Positions 24,440 to 34,530 of a stretch of 64,000 nucleotides of DNA are shown one piece after another. The stretch's first letter is position 1. Each line of letters starts with the position of its first letter. The notes under the pieces are model-generated. The model searched no databases and had not been told where the DNA came from. It saw nothing but the letters and a program-made list of their open reading frames with translations. The translations under genes and the position numbers were made by a program. Source of the DNA: Gemmatimonadota bacterium (GTDB taxonomy: Bacteria > Gemmatimonadota > Gemmatimonadetes > JACCXV01 > JAHWKZ01); the NCBI GenBank assembly GCA_039588915.1, contig JBDGYV010000004.1, positions 2,632 through 66,631 on the forward strand. Reading direction: 5' to 3'.

Positions 24440-24940
24440 GTGGAGAACGAAGTCATTGAAGTCAGCGTAGCGAGCCTGGGGATCGACGCCTCGACCCAGT
24501 CGCCGATCGTCATCCTGAAGGAGAAGGAGGGTGACCGGTACCTGCCGATCTGGATCGGGCCCAGCGAGGCGAGCGCTATCGCCACGGAGTTGGCGGGGGT
24601 GAAATTCTCGCGCCCGCTCACGCACGACCTCATGAAGAACATCGTTCGTGCACTTCACGGTGAGCTCACCCAAGTCATCATCGGTGCGCTCAAGAACAAT
24701 ACCTATTACGCACAGGTTTTCGTTCAGAATGCCGAGGACGTGATTTCGATCGATGCGCGTCCGAGCGACTCGATCGCCCTGGCACTCAGACTGAACGCTC
24801 CGATCTACGCCTCCGAGACGCTTCTCGACCACACCGCTGACGAGGTGGGAGAGGTCGAGGAAGAGGCGTACGAGCCGGAGGATCTGAAGGAGTACCTCCG
24901 ACGCATGAACCCGGAGGACTTCGGGCGCTTTTCGTTGTAG
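24440..24940 (+). CDS. Bifunctional nuclease family protein (DUF151/BFN)
   Basis: GTG start with a GGGG RBS. The conserved BFN core is IVILKEKEGDRYLPIWIGPSEASAIA. Confidence 0.7.
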   Translation: MENEVIEVSVASLGIDASTQSPIVILKEKEGDRYLPIWIGPSEASAIATELAGVKFSRPLTHDLMKNIVRALHGELTQVIIGALKNNTYYAQVFVQNAEDVISIDARPSDSIALALRLNAPIYASETLLDHTADEVGEVEEEAYEPEDLKEYLRRMNPEDFGRFSL

Positions 24941-24974
24941 ACGTCGTTAACGGTGAGGATAGAATGACGTAACG

Positions 24975-25215
24975 CTCTGATCGTTTCGAGGTGCCTGTCG
25001 GCGACGATGGTCGACGACGGGAGAATAGGGAATGCGGTGTGAATCCGCAGCGGCCCCGCCACTGTGAACGGCCCGCCCGACCGGGGCGGCCGAAGTCAGG
25101 AGACCTGCCTCGAAGCGTTCTCTCCGTTGTTATCCTTCGCGGGAGGGATGCGGCGAGAGGTCGGCTGGCCCGGTCTCCACCGCCTGTCCGCTTCCGCGGG
25201 CAGGCTTTTTTTTTG
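24975..25215 (+). ncRNA. Cobalamin (B12) riboswitch with intrinsic-terminator expression platform
   Basis: The core AAUAGGGAAUGCGGUGUGAAUCCGCAGCGGCCCCGCCACUGUGAACGG and the B12 box GAAGUCAGGAGACCUGCC are both present. The terminator hairpin follows, and the element sits immediately upstream of btuF-like transporter genes. Confidence 0.9.
25183..25214 (+). terminator. Rho-independent terminator (riboswitch OFF-state hairpin + T10)
   Basis: Hairpin cctgtccgc-ttcc-gcgggcagg followed by ten T residues. Confidence 0.8.
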
Positions 25216-25234
25216 ATCTCGTCAGGGTGGGGGT

Positions 25235-26122
25235 GTGACCACAAGCCGACTTCTCTCGATTGTCGCCGCATCGACGCTGTTGCTGGCAAGCTGCAACCGG
25301 CCAGAGCAGCGTGCGGCCGAGCGGGGTGACGCTGCGCCGGTGGTTCGCGCTCAGCGCGTGATATCGCTCGTTCCGAGCATGACGGATGCGATCGTGGCGC
25401 TGGACGCGACCGATCGTCTTGTCGGCCGGACGCGCTACGACACCGCCCCTGAGGTCACCGACTTGCCAAGCGTCGGCGGAGGGCTCGACCCGAGCCTGGA
25501 AGCGCTGATCGCGCTGGAGCCTGACTTGGTGATCGGCTGGGAGTCCGCTGAGTACAGGGGGCTGCGCTCGCGGCTCGAAGCCGGCGGCATCGGGTTCCAC
25601 GCGACGTCGATCGAGGATACGACCGACGTCTTTCGGTCCTTGGACGAGCTCGGGACGTTGCTCGACCTGTCCGATCGAGCCGCGAGGTTGTCGGCTGCGG
25701 TCCGTGAGTCGTTGGCAGTCGTTTCGGCGGCCGGCCTCAGGCACCCCAAACCCACAGTTTTCTACGCCCTGCTCGGAGACCCTCCGCGAACGGCGGGTCG
25801 GCGGACGTTTGTCGGCCAGCTGATTGAGGTCGCCGGCGGTATCCCAGCATTTGCCGAACTCTACGATGGTTGGCCCGAGGTCTCGCTCGAGGCGGTGCTG
25901 GCCGCTCAACCGGACATCATCGTCGTCCCAACCGACGATAGCGCGATCGAAGTCACGCACGCCTTCGCCGAGAAACCGGGTTGGCGTGATCTCAGAGCCG
26001 TTCGCGAGGGACGGATTGTGGTGATCCCGATCCACTTATTGAACCGCCCAGGCCCCCACCTGGGAGGCGTCGCGAGAACTCTCCACGAGGCACTGGTCGA
26101 TGCTTGGGGGGCGGCGCCATGA
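25235..26122 (+). CDS. Cobalamin/siderophore-type periplasmic substrate-binding lipoprotein (BtuF-like)
   Basis: GTG start, lipobox LLLASC, and a class III helical-backbone SBP fold. It is under the B12 riboswitch. Confidence 0.8.
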   Translation: MTTSRLLSIVAASTLLLASCNRPEQRAAERGDAAPVVRAQRVISLVPSMTDAIVALDATDRLVGRTRYDTAPEVTDLPSVGGGLDPSLEALIALEPDLVIGWESAEYRGLRSRLEAGGIGFHATSIEDTTDVFRSLDELGTLLDLSDRAARLSAAVRESLAVVSAAGLRHPKPTVFYALLGDPPRTAGRRTFVGQLIEVAGGIPAFAELYDGWPEVSLEAVLAAQPDIIVVPTDDSAIEVTHAFAEKPGWRDLRAVREGRIVVIPIHLLNRPGPHLGGVARTLHEALVDAWGAAP

Positions 26123-27117
26123 GCCGCGGTGCGGTGTTGGCCGGTTTGGTGCTGGCCGTGGCAGCGGCGATCGCCGTCAGCCTTCGCTTTGGCGCGGTTG
26201 GGCTCGGGTGGAGCGGTGTGTGGGAGGGGCTCTCGGGCAATGGCGACCCAATCGCGGTCGCAATCACTCGCGATCTCCGGCTCCCTCGGGCGGTGCTGGC
26301 CGCGCTCGTGGGCGGTGCTCTGGGTCTGGCTGGCGCCACGTTTCAGGCGCTCCTCAGAAACCCGCTCGCCGACCCGTACGTGCTTGGCGTCTCGGGCGGG
26401 GCGGCGGTCGGCGCGGTGTTGGCTATCGGCGCGGGTTGGGCTGGAGTGACCGGCTGGTCCGTGCCGGTTTCGGCGTTCGCCGGCGCAGCGTTGGCGATCG
26501 CGCTGGTGCTCAGGATCGCGACCAACGTCGAACGACGACTCGATGTCCGGGTGCTGCTCCTGTCAGGCGTGGTTGCCGGCACGTTCTTCAACGCTTGCAT
26601 CCTGCTGGCACTCAGCTTTCAGGAGACCGAAGCGTTTCGCGCTGCGGTCTTTTGGATGATGGGCGGTCTCGGCGGCGCCAGCTGGCGGTCGGTGTGGATG
26701 TTGGCGCTCGCGCTCGGCGGCGCATCGATCGTGCTGTTTGGGCTGGCGCGATCGTTCGATCTGATCGCACACGGCGAGGAGACAGCTGGGTTTCTTGGCG
26801 TGCCGGTTCAGCGGGTTCGTTTGCTAGCCTACCTGACCGCCTCGTTGTTGACCGCCGGCGCGGTCGTCGCCGCCGGAGGCATCGGGTTCGTCGGTTTGTT
26901 CGTGCCCCACACCGTGCGCCTCGTGTGGGGTGGTGGACACCGCTTCCTGTTGCCCGCGACCCTGCTCGTGGGGGCGGCGTTTCTACCGCTGGCGGATACC
27001 GTAGCCCGAGTGATCACCGCACCGGCGGAGTTGCCGTTGGGTGTCATCACTGCGTTCGTCGGCGTGCCGTTTTTCGTCCTCGTCCTGCGCCGCCAGACGC
27101 GCCGGGCGCCGGCATGA
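26104..27117 (+). CDS. FecCD-family ABC permease (BtuC-like)
   Basis: About 10 TM helices, with the FecCD signature regions (RLPRAVLAALVGGALGLAGATFQALLRNPLADP). Confidence 0.85.
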   Translation: MGGGAMSRGAVLAGLVLAVAAAIAVSLRFGAVGLGWSGVWEGLSGNGDPIAVAITRDLRLPRAVLAALVGGALGLAGATFQALLRNPLADPYVLGVSGGAAVGAVLAIGAGWAGVTGWSVPVSAFAGAALAIALVLRIATNVERRLDVRVLLLSGVVAGTFFNACILLALSFQETEAFRAAVFWMMGGLGGASWRSVWMLALALGGASIVLFGLARSFDLIAHGEETAGFLGVPVQRVRLLAYLTASLLTAGAVVAAGGIGFVGLFVPHTVRLVWGGGHRFLLPATLLVGAAFLPLADTVARVITAPAELPLGVITAFVGVPFFVLVLRRQTRRAPA

Positions 27118-27938
27118 AGTCGCGGCGGGACGACGTCGTGTGGCGTACGATTCAGCTCGGTTATCGCTATCCGAGTGCAGATCGGGAGGCGATCGACGAG
27201 GCCACGCTCGGTGTGGGCGCGGGCGAGATCGTTGCGTTGGTTGGGCCCAATGGGTCGGGAAAATCGACACTCATCCGGCTGTTGGTCGGCGCGCGCGAGC
27301 CAAACCGAGGGCAAACGGAGCTTCTTGGCCGGCCGTTGTCGGCGTGGGGCGCGCTCGAGATCGCACGCCGGGTGGGGATCATGGCTCAGCACGAGGAGCC
27401 GACGTTTCCCGTGACTGTCCGTGAGCTGGTGGCGATGGGACGCTACCCGCATCTGGGCGCATGGCGTCGGCCCGGCGCGGCCGATCGACGCGCGATTGAG
27501 CGTTCGATGCAGCGGTGCCGGGTCGAGACGCTAGCCGACCGATCGTTCGCGACACTGTCGGGTGGCGAGCGCCAAAGGGCCCGGCTGGCCCGAGCGCTGG
27601 CACAGGAGCCGCTCGCGCTGGCGCTGGATGAACCGACCGCGGCACTCGACATCGCCAGTGAGATGGCGATCTGGGAGCTCTTGACCGCTCAGGCAGCCAA
27701 GGGGAGGACCGTACTCTTATCGACCCACAACTTGAATCTGGCGGCGCGGTACGCGGATCGTCTGATCCTGCTGCATCGAGGCCGCGTAGCGGCCGAGGGA
27801 TCCCCCGAGGCCGTGCTCCAAGAGGACACGCTGAGCGATGTGTACGGATGGCCGGTCAAAGTGGTGGCGCACCCTGGGCCGGGCCCCGATCAGGGTGCCC
27901 CTCAAGTGATTACCCTGCATCCGGAGTCGGGCTCATGA
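27114..27938 (+). CDS. ABC transporter ATP-binding protein (BtuD/FhuC-like)
   Basis: ATGA overlap. Walker A GPNGSGKST, LSGGERQR and Walker B LDEPT are present. The 612-aa ORF in the track is an upstream extension of this same frame. Confidence 0.85.
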   Translation: MKSRRDDVVWRTIQLGYRYPSADREAIDEATLGVGAGEIVALVGPNGSGKSTLIRLLVGAREPNRGQTELLGRPLSAWGALEIARRVGIMAQHEEPTFPVTVRELVAMGRYPHLGAWRRPGAADRRAIERSMQRCRVETLADRSFATLSGGERQRARLARALAQEPLALALDEPTAALDIASEMAIWELLTAQAAKGRTVLLSTHNLNLAARYADRLILLHRGRVAAEGSPEAVLQEDTLSDVYGWPVKVVAHPGPGPDQGAPQVITLHPESGS

Positions 27939-30097
27939 CCCGAATGGCGATCTCGCTGATTATCGGACTCCCGTTGGCCGCGTTGGTTGATGGCGCGGCC
28001 GGCGACGGGGCTCGTGCCCAATGGCCGGGCGAGATCGTGGGCTCGATCGTTGATCGCGAAACCCAGCACGTGGTGCCGTTTGCGACCGTCGAGGTCGCCG
28101 GTTTGGGGCTCATCGCCACAGCCGGACCGAACGGCGAGTTCCGGTTCAAGGCGGTGCATTCGGGCACTCATGTGATCCACGTTCGGCGGCTCGGTTACCG
28201 GTCAAGTGAGGTCGAGGTCGAAGTTGCCCACGGGCGAACCACCCGGATCGCGGTGGAGCTGTCACTTGTCGCGGTGCCAGTTGAGCCGGTGATCGCCCGC
28301 GGCCCCAGTCGCGACGCGAGTGGTTTTCGCATTGATCGGTCGACGATCGCTCGATCGGGCGCAACGACGGTGGGCGACGTGGTCGACCGGGTGCCCGGCG
28401 TCGTGGTACGGCGGACCGGACTCGGGGGGCCAGAGCACGCCATGATCCGGGGTAGTGGTGCGGAAGGTGTGCTGGTCCTGCTGGATGGCGTGGCGATCAA
28501 CGATCCGGTGACTGGCGCCGCTGACTTGAGCACGATCTCTGCTGGCACCGTCGAGTCTGTGACGGTCCAGATTGGAGCGCGTTCGGCGCGGTACGGACCG
28601 CGCGCGCGGGCTGGTGTGATCGCCGTCGAGTCGCGGCCGCCGGGTGCTACCACGGAGGTCGTTATCGGCGTCGGATCGTTGGGGTCCAGACGCGGAAGCG
28701 TTGAAACCGGCAGCGCAGTCGGTGCGTGGCGGTGGTCGGCGGGCGGCCTCATGAGCGGCGCGGACGGCGGGTTCGACTACCGATTGCCGGCTGCTGCGGG
28801 AGGTCGTTCGGGGACCCGGACGAACGCCGATCTCCGCCGGACGAGCGTGTTTGGAACCGCCGAGCGCTCCATCGGGGGCGGTCGGGTGGGTGTTCGTGCC
28901 GCGGTCGAGTACGGCGATCGCGGGCTCCCAGGCAAGGCCTTCGCGCCATCGGTCCATGCGCGGCAGACCTTTGACCGGGTTCGTCTTCATGCCAGCTGGG
29001 GCGAAACGAGAGACAGTGGCTCGAACGAGCTCGCGTTCTATGGCGCCCGGCAGCGGCTCGAGCATCGTGATCCCGAGCCACCGTTGGGTCCCGCGTACGA
29101 CGATGAGACAACCGTGGACGAGCTGGGGCTGCGGGGTTCGATCACCCGCGGGGTGAGTTCGGGGCCGCTGCGTGAGATCGGTTTCGACGGCGATTTGCGA
29201 CATCGCGGAGTGGAGGCCGATGGTCTGGCAGACGGAACGTTTGGTGACTTCGACGATTTTGGCATCGGCGCCCGCGCGGTCGGTGACGTCGGTGATGTCG
29301 AGCTGACCGCTCAAGCACGGCTCGATCGGGACGACGTGACCAACGCTTGGTTCCTCAGTCATACCCTTGGGGCGGGCCTGACCACCGAGCGGCTACGATT
29401 CGACATCGCACACCGGAGCGCCTTTAACCCACCCGCGCTCGGCGACCTGTTCTTCGACGCGGCGATCGGTGTCGCCCCGAACCCGGAGCTCAGGCCGGAG
29501 CGGGTGGTGTCAGAGATCGAGATCGCAATGTCGGTACACCGACCCGGCCCGATCGCTCTGGCTCTCGGGGGATCGGTTTATCGCGCCGACGTCGATGACA
29601 TGATCGAGTGGGCCCCCGATTTCCGGTTCATATGGAGTCCGCAGAACTTCGACGTTCGGCGACGTGGCGGAGAGGTTTGGCTGAGCGCGGTGTTCGCGAA
29701 GCTCGACTTGACCGCCGATCTCAGCTACGCCAACGCTCGTGTTCGCTATGATTCATCTGAAGGGCGGGCTGATGCGCAGGTCGTGTACCGGCCGCAACAC
29801 AGCGCCCGCTCGCGGGTAGAGTGGACGCCCCGGGATTGGCGACTGCGGGCAGAGTCACGCTACACCGGTGCCCGTACGACCGCCCCGACAGAAGCCAATC
29901 AACTGCCCGGATTCTGGACGTTCGACGTCGCCCTGGCGTGGCTGTGGCGAGCTGGCTCGCTGGATGCAGAGACCGAGCTGGCGATCGACCGCGTGGGCGG
30001 GCAGACGCAGGCCCTTATCTTTGGCTTTCCCGAGCCCGGGCGACGGTTCCGGGTACAACTCAGGATCAGGCCCCAAACCAGTGATCGAGGATTATGA
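27935..30097 (+). CDS. TonB-dependent receptor with N-terminal carboxypeptidase-regulatory-like domain (putative corrinoid receptor, BtuB-like)
   Basis: ATGA overlap with the ATPase gene. Signal peptide, CarbopepD_reg-like domain, plug domain (GATTVGDVVDRVPGVVV), then a large beta-barrel. Riboswitch context. Confidence 0.75.
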   Translation: MTRMAISLIIGLPLAALVDGAAGDGARAQWPGEIVGSIVDRETQHVVPFATVEVAGLGLIATAGPNGEFRFKAVHSGTHVIHVRRLGYRSSEVEVEVAHGRTTRIAVELSLVAVPVEPVIARGPSRDASGFRIDRSTIARSGATTVGDVVDRVPGVVVRRTGLGGPEHAMIRGSGAEGVLVLLDGVAINDPVTGAADLSTISAGTVESVTVQIGARSARYGPRARAGVIAVESRPPGATTEVVIGVGSLGSRRGSVETGSAVGAWRWSAGGLMSGADGGFDYRLPAAAGGRSGTRTNADLRRTSVFGTAERSIGGGRVGVRAAVEYGDRGLPGKAFAPSVHARQTFDRVRLHASWGETRDSGSNELAFYGARQRLEHRDPEPPLGPAYDDETTVDELGLRGSITRGVSSGPLREIGFDGDLRHRGVEADGLADGTFGDFDDFGIGARAVGDVGDVELTAQARLDRDDVTNAWFLSHTLGAGLTTERLRFDIAHRSAFNPPALGDLFFDAAIGVAPNPELRPERVVSEIEIAMSVHRPGPIALALGGSVYRADVDDMIEWAPDFRFIWSPQNFDVRRRGGEVWLSAVFAKLDLTADLSYANARVRYDSSEGRADAQVVYRPQHSARSRVEWTPRDWRLRAESRYTGARTTAPTEANQLPGFWTFDVALAWLWRAGSLDAETELAIDRVGGQTQALIFGFPEPGRRFRVQLRIRPQTSDRGL

Positions 30098-31134
30098 TGA
30101 CAACAATGAAGAGCTTGATCATGGCGACGATCCTGGCCGTCGGCGTCGCTTGCGACGGTAGCAGCAGCTTCGGGCCTGACATTCCAGGTGGTGCAGAAGT
30201 CGGCGTGGTGTTAAACAGCATCTCTCGAACGCTGACGGTGTTCGAGGTCGATCGCCCAGATAACGCGGTCACGATCGGGATCGGGGATGATGGGTCTCCG
30301 GTGACGTTTGCCGTGCGGGGTTCGACCGCCGTCGTTCCGATGGGGTCCTTACCCGATGTGGCGATCGTCGACCTCGATCAGCGATTCGTCGTGCGCCGCC
30401 CGCAGCTCCCCGACAACTCGGGTGCGACCGGAGTGGCGTTCATCGATGACGAGACGGTGCTGGTAGGTAATCCAAACCTCGACTCGGTATCGCCGGTCAA
30501 CGTGCGGACCGGCAATGTCAGTGCGCAGATTCTGGTGGGTCTGTTTCCGGAGTTCATCGTGTCGGACGGCCAGCTGGCGTACGTGATCAACGCCGAGCTG
30601 GGCGACGACTTTGTTCCCGTGCGATCGGGGACCGTTTCGGTGATCGACATCCCGTCGCTACAGGTGATCGAGACGATCGAGCTCTCGGGCGAGAACCCTG
30701 GTGGGGCGGCGCTGGCGCCCGATGGTCGGTTGTTCGTCGTTAATCGGGGTCGATTTGGTGATCGTGACGGATCGTTGTCGGTCGTATCGACCGCAACTCT
30801 CGAGGAGACCGAGCATCATCTCGGTTTCGACGAGTTTCCGTCGCGCGTAGCGTTCAGTCCCGGGGGCCTGGTATTGGTGCTCTCGACGGAGTACGGCATC
30901 GCGGTGTGGGACCCCGAGGCACGGGAGTTCATTCGTGACCCGTTTAATCCGATAACACCCGGCGGAAACCGCTCCTCGGCCGGGGTTGGGTTCGACAGCA
31001 ACGGCACTCCGTACGCGCTCGAGCTCGAGTGTTCCGAGCTGGCGGATGTGTTCCGGTTGTCGGAGGATCTCGTTGTCCAGCGGACCATTCAGGTCGGGAC
31101 GTGCCCGTTCGACATCGCGTTTACGACGCTTTAA
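30094..31134 (+). CDS. Beta-propeller (YVTN-like repeat) surface lipoprotein, BtuG-like candidate
   Basis: ATGA overlap. Lipobox AVGVAC. Repeated strands such as LAPDGRLFVVNRG, AFSPGGLVLVLSTEYG, GFDSNGTPYALE. Embedded between two TonB-dependent receptors in a B12 riboswitch operon. Confidence 0.6.
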   Translation: MMTTMKSLIMATILAVGVACDGSSSFGPDIPGGAEVGVVLNSISRTLTVFEVDRPDNAVTIGIGDDGSPVTFAVRGSTAVVPMGSLPDVAIVDLDQRFVVRRPQLPDNSGATGVAFIDDETVLVGNPNLDSVSPVNVRTGNVSAQILVGLFPEFIVSDGQLAYVINAELGDDFVPVRSGTVSVIDIPSLQVIETIELSGENPGGAALAPDGRLFVVNRGRFGDRDGSLSVVSTATLEETEHHLGFDEFPSRVAFSPGGLVLVLSTEYGIAVWDPEAREFIRDPFNPITPGGNRSSAGVGFDSNGTPYALELECSELADVFRLSEDLVVQRTIQVGTCPFDIAFTTL

Positions 31135-31145
31135 GAGTAGCCCGC

Positions 31146-33278
31146 GTGTTCAGGCCACCAGCCCGGGTCGTCTTGATTGCCGTGTTCTTTGCTTCGGTGG
31201 GTCGAGCCGTGGCCCAGGAGCAACCCGAGCCGACCCCGGCGGACACCGTGGCCCCGGCCGATTCGGTGGCCCTGGCTGACTCGCTTAACGTCGATCGCTG
31301 GATCTACCCCGAACCGATTACTGATCCGCGCATCACCTTGCTCGGCGACACGCTAGGCACAGCCGACACGCTAAAGCCCCGCTTCACTGAGCTGGCCGAG
31401 ATCTACCCCGATAGTCTGATCGATCCCTATACGTTGGCCCGACCCGGAGCTTGGCCGGCGTGGGTCCTGAGCGGCGACCAGCTCCTCGGGCGCGGGGCGT
31501 TCAGCCTGCTCGACGTGATCGAGAGCGAGGGATTCACCCTAGGCCAAGACATGGGTGGCAGTGGGCTCAGCACGTTCGTCGGCTCGTCGTTTGGATCGCA
31601 TACGAACATCGAGGTCATGATCGATGGGGTGCCGGTCGGCGAGCCATTGTCGGTGAGCTGGGACTTGCGGCGGATAGCGATCGAGGGGATCGCGAAGGTC
31701 GCCTGGTATCCGGGGCCGCAAAGCGCTGCGTGGGGAAGCAGCGCAACCGGTGGTGTTCTGGCGATCACTACGCGCCGAAGCCTGACGCCGAGCTCCCGGT
31801 CGATGCTGGCGTTCACCGCCGGCTCGTTCAAGGTCGAGACATTCAGCGGGAACTTCGGTCGATCGATCACCCGGCGCGGCGACGTGTTCTTGGGCGCCAA
31901 CTTCGATGCCACCGACGGATTCTTGCGGATCGGTGACTTCACCCGTAACCAGTTCGTCACCAAGCTCGGTTGGCGGATCGGCTCGAAGCACCGAGTCGAG
32001 GTGTCGCGGCTGAGCGACGGGTTCTCGGGGGACGCCAGTCGCACGAACCTGTCCGGTTTTCAGGATCAAGACGGCAGCGTGGTGCACTTGTTTTACGCCG
32101 GTAGCTGGGGCGACGTGGGAACCCGCTTTCATTATGCGCGATCGCGTCAAGAGTTCCGCGAGAACTTTGACTTTCGCGACGCATTTGGATTGGTGGGCAA
32201 GGGAGAACGAGAAGGGTTCCGCGGCACGATCGACCTCCGGCGGGGTCCGTTGCTGGTGTGGGCGGCTGGTGCGCAAGAGGAGCTTGACGTGGAGTCGCTG
32301 CATCCAGCATTCGTGCGGGTCGATCAGAGCAGTGTGTTCGAGCCGGTCGAGGATGATCCCGAAGCGCCAATGGTCGAGAACCCGCGGAGACAGATCGAGT
32401 GGGGCGGAGGTGTTGGGTGGGGCGAGCCCGACGGCCGGTACGCGGCCAATGCAGCGGTGCGCCGGTTGTCGTTTGGCGACGCCGCCGAGAGTGGGATGAC
32501 TTGGCAGTTCGAAGCGCTGGGTCGGCCGCATCCCGAGCTCACCGTTCGGTTAGCCGGTGGTAGAGCCGTGCGGCCGGCCAGCTTCGCCGGTCAGGCGCTG
32601 CTCGTGGCATTGGCCGCCGAGGGTGTGGAAATCCACCCCGGTAAGGTGGCGATGCCCGAGCAGCTCGAGGCGTGGAGCGGTGTGCGCGGCGAAGTCGCGT
32701 GGACGCGCGCCGGCTGGAAAGCGACCGGACGCGTGTTCACGGCCAACGGCGATGAGGCGTTCCTGTGGCTGCCGCCGACGGCGTGGTTGTACTTTGACCG
32801 GGCCGACTTCGACAATTCGCGACTAGCGGAGATCGGTTTCAACACCTTCGATGTCGTCGACCTGTCGGTGAACGGTTTCGAGGGTGAGGTCACCGGGCCG
32901 CTGCCATGGGGGTTGCGCGGGCGGTTTGTCGCGCGGCGCTTGGATACGACTGAAGATGAGTCGGGTGACCGAGTACCGTACGTGCCTAAATCCCAATTCT
33001 TGGGGCAGGCTCGTTATGCCCGCCGACTGTTCCCGAGCGGTGATCTGTTGTTGGAGGCCCGGGTAACCGGGAGGTTCAACGGTGAGCGGACGACGCTGAC
33101 CGGTGAGACCCTGTCCTCGTACTTCGTCACCGATCTGCTTGTGCAGGGAACGATCATCAATTTCACGATCTTTCTGTCGTTAAAGAACCTGACCAACGAG
33201 GTGTTTCGGACCGAGGAAGCGTTCTTTCTCCCTGGCCGCGAGGGGTTTTTCGGGATCAACTGGCGGTTCCGCAACTGA
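31146..33278 (+). CDS. Second TonB-dependent receptor-like outer-membrane protein
   Basis: GTG start with signal peptide VFRPPARVVLIAVFFASVGRAVAQ. Plug-like region (LLDVIESEGFTLGQD..IEVMIDGVPVG) and a long beta-barrel. Confidence 0.65.
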   Translation: MFRPPARVVLIAVFFASVGRAVAQEQPEPTPADTVAPADSVALADSLNVDRWIYPEPITDPRITLLGDTLGTADTLKPRFTELAEIYPDSLIDPYTLARPGAWPAWVLSGDQLLGRGAFSLLDVIESEGFTLGQDMGGSGLSTFVGSSFGSHTNIEVMIDGVPVGEPLSVSWDLRRIAIEGIAKVAWYPGPQSAAWGSSATGGVLAITTRRSLTPSSRSMLAFTAGSFKVETFSGNFGRSITRRGDVFLGANFDATDGFLRIGDFTRNQFVTKLGWRIGSKHRVEVSRLSDGFSGDASRTNLSGFQDQDGSVVHLFYAGSWGDVGTRFHYARSRQEFRENFDFRDAFGLVGKGEREGFRGTIDLRRGPLLVWAAGAQEELDVESLHPAFVRVDQSSVFEPVEDDPEAPMVENPRRQIEWGGGVGWGEPDGRYAANAAVRRLSFGDAAESGMTWQFEALGRPHPELTVRLAGGRAVRPASFAGQALLVALAAEGVEIHPGKVAMPEQLEAWSGVRGEVAWTRAGWKATGRVFTANGDEAFLWLPPTAWLYFDRADFDNSRLAEIGFNTFDVVDLSVNGFEGEVTGPLPWGLRGRFVARRLDTTEDESGDRVPYVPKSQFLGQARYARRLFPSGDLLLEARVTGRFNGERTTLTGETLSSYFVTDLLVQGTIINFTIFLSLKNLTNEVFRTEEAFFLPGREGFFGINWRFRN

Positions 33279-33378
33279 CCACCCGCAAGAGCAGCAGCTA
33301 CCCGGCTACGAGCCGGCTCGGTAGCTTGAAATGATCTCATCAGTGGAGACGACACCCAACTCAACGATAGGGTTACCA

Positions 33379-33702
33379 ATGCGAGCGCTTTTTGTAATCA
33401 CCGTGGGGATGATCTGCGTCCCACCCGTCGCCTGCGGTGGTGGTGGGGAGGAAGCCGACAGCGCCGCTGTCGCCGATACCGCGGCCTACACCGACTCAAC
33501 CGCCGAGCTACTCGAGAATGGCATGGACCAGGACTCGGTGCGAAACCTGCTCGGCGAACCGCGTACCCGAGTGACGATGGAGGGCGGTCAGGAGCGGTGG
33601 ACCTATTACAGCTATGATCCGCAGGGACAGATCGTCGCCCGCACGATGATCATCTTCGGCGATGACGCGACGGTGGCCGAGGTGTTTCACGGTCAACGGT
33701 AG
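33379..33702 (+). CDS. BamE/SmpA-OmlA-like small lipoprotein
   Basis: Lipobox VPPVAC and the GMDQDSVRNLLGEP..W.Y SmpA_OmlA motif. Confidence 0.5.
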   Translation: MRALFVITVGMICVPPVACGGGGEEADSAAVADTAAYTDSTAELLENGMDQDSVRNLLGEPRTRVTMEGGQERWTYYSYDPQGQIVARTMIIFGDDATVAEVFHGQR

Positions 33703-33720
33703 GCGTAGCCGCAGTACACG

Positions 33721-34449
33721 ATGGGACGCACGGTCTTCGCCTGGACTATCGGGGTCGTCTACACGCTCTTCTGGTCGTCGGTCGGAATCATCACCTGGCC
33801 ATTCAGTCCTCGCGGCGAGCTGTACCTGTCGCTTGCTCGCACGTGGTCGCGATGGATCCTAGCCACGCTTCGGATTCCGTTCAGCGTTGAGTCGCAGGCG
33901 ACGCTGGAGCCGGACCAACCGTACATCTTCATGTCCAATCACCGATCGATCTTCGACATCTTCGCGTTGTTTCTGGCGACCGAGCATTCGCTCAGGATGG
34001 TCGCCAAGCGAGTGCTGTTCTTTATCCCCATCTTTGGGTGGGCGATGTGGATGTGCCGCTTCATTCCGATCGACCGCAGCGATCGCGAGAAGGCGATCAA
34101 GAGCCTCGAGAATTCGGCCCGCAAGATCCGCGAGGGAGTCAGCGTGCTCGTGTTCCCGGAGGGCACGCGCGGTCCCGGCGAGCCGTTGTTGCCGTTCAAG
34201 AAGGGCAGCTTCATGATGGCGCTCAAGGCCGGCGTGCCAGTTGTCCCGGTCGTGGTTCTGGGGACCGAAGACGTCATGGGGGCTCGATCGCTACGCGTCG
34301 GGCATGGTGCGATCACGGTGCGGTTAGGAATGCCGATCTCGACCGCCGGCCGTGGCGCCCAGGCGCGTGATGATCTGATGCGGGAGGTGCGCGTCGCGAT
34401 GGAGGCGATGATGTCCGAGCCCGTTGCTCAGCCGACCAGTGATGAGTAA
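33721..34449 (+). CDS. plsC: 1-acyl-sn-glycerol-3-phosphate acyltransferase
   Basis: HX4D motif NHRSIFD and FPEGTRG motif. Confidence 0.85.
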   Translation: MGRTVFAWTIGVVYTLFWSSVGIITWPFSPRGELYLSLARTWSRWILATLRIPFSVESQATLEPDQPYIFMSNHRSIFDIFALFLATEHSLRMVAKRVLFFIPIFGWAMWMCRFIPIDRSDREKAIKSLENSARKIREGVSVLVFPEGTRGPGEPLLPFKKGSFMMALKAGVPVVPVVVLGTEDVMGARSLRVGHGAITVRLGMPISTAGRGAQARDDLMREVRVAMEAMMSEPVAQPTSDE

Positions 34450-34530
34450 GTTTGTAGGCGACTCGAGATCGTAATCGCGCTCGAGCTTCCTTTTAAATCG
34501 ACGTCCTGTGAGGCGCGGAAAGGGAGTGCC

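Noticed and set aside
26100-27113. 612-aa Arg-rich ORF spanning the BtuC-like permease region.
   Set aside because: It is an out-of-frame read-through of the permease gene. Only the C-terminal part from ATG 27114 encodes the ABC ATPase, with Walker motifs.
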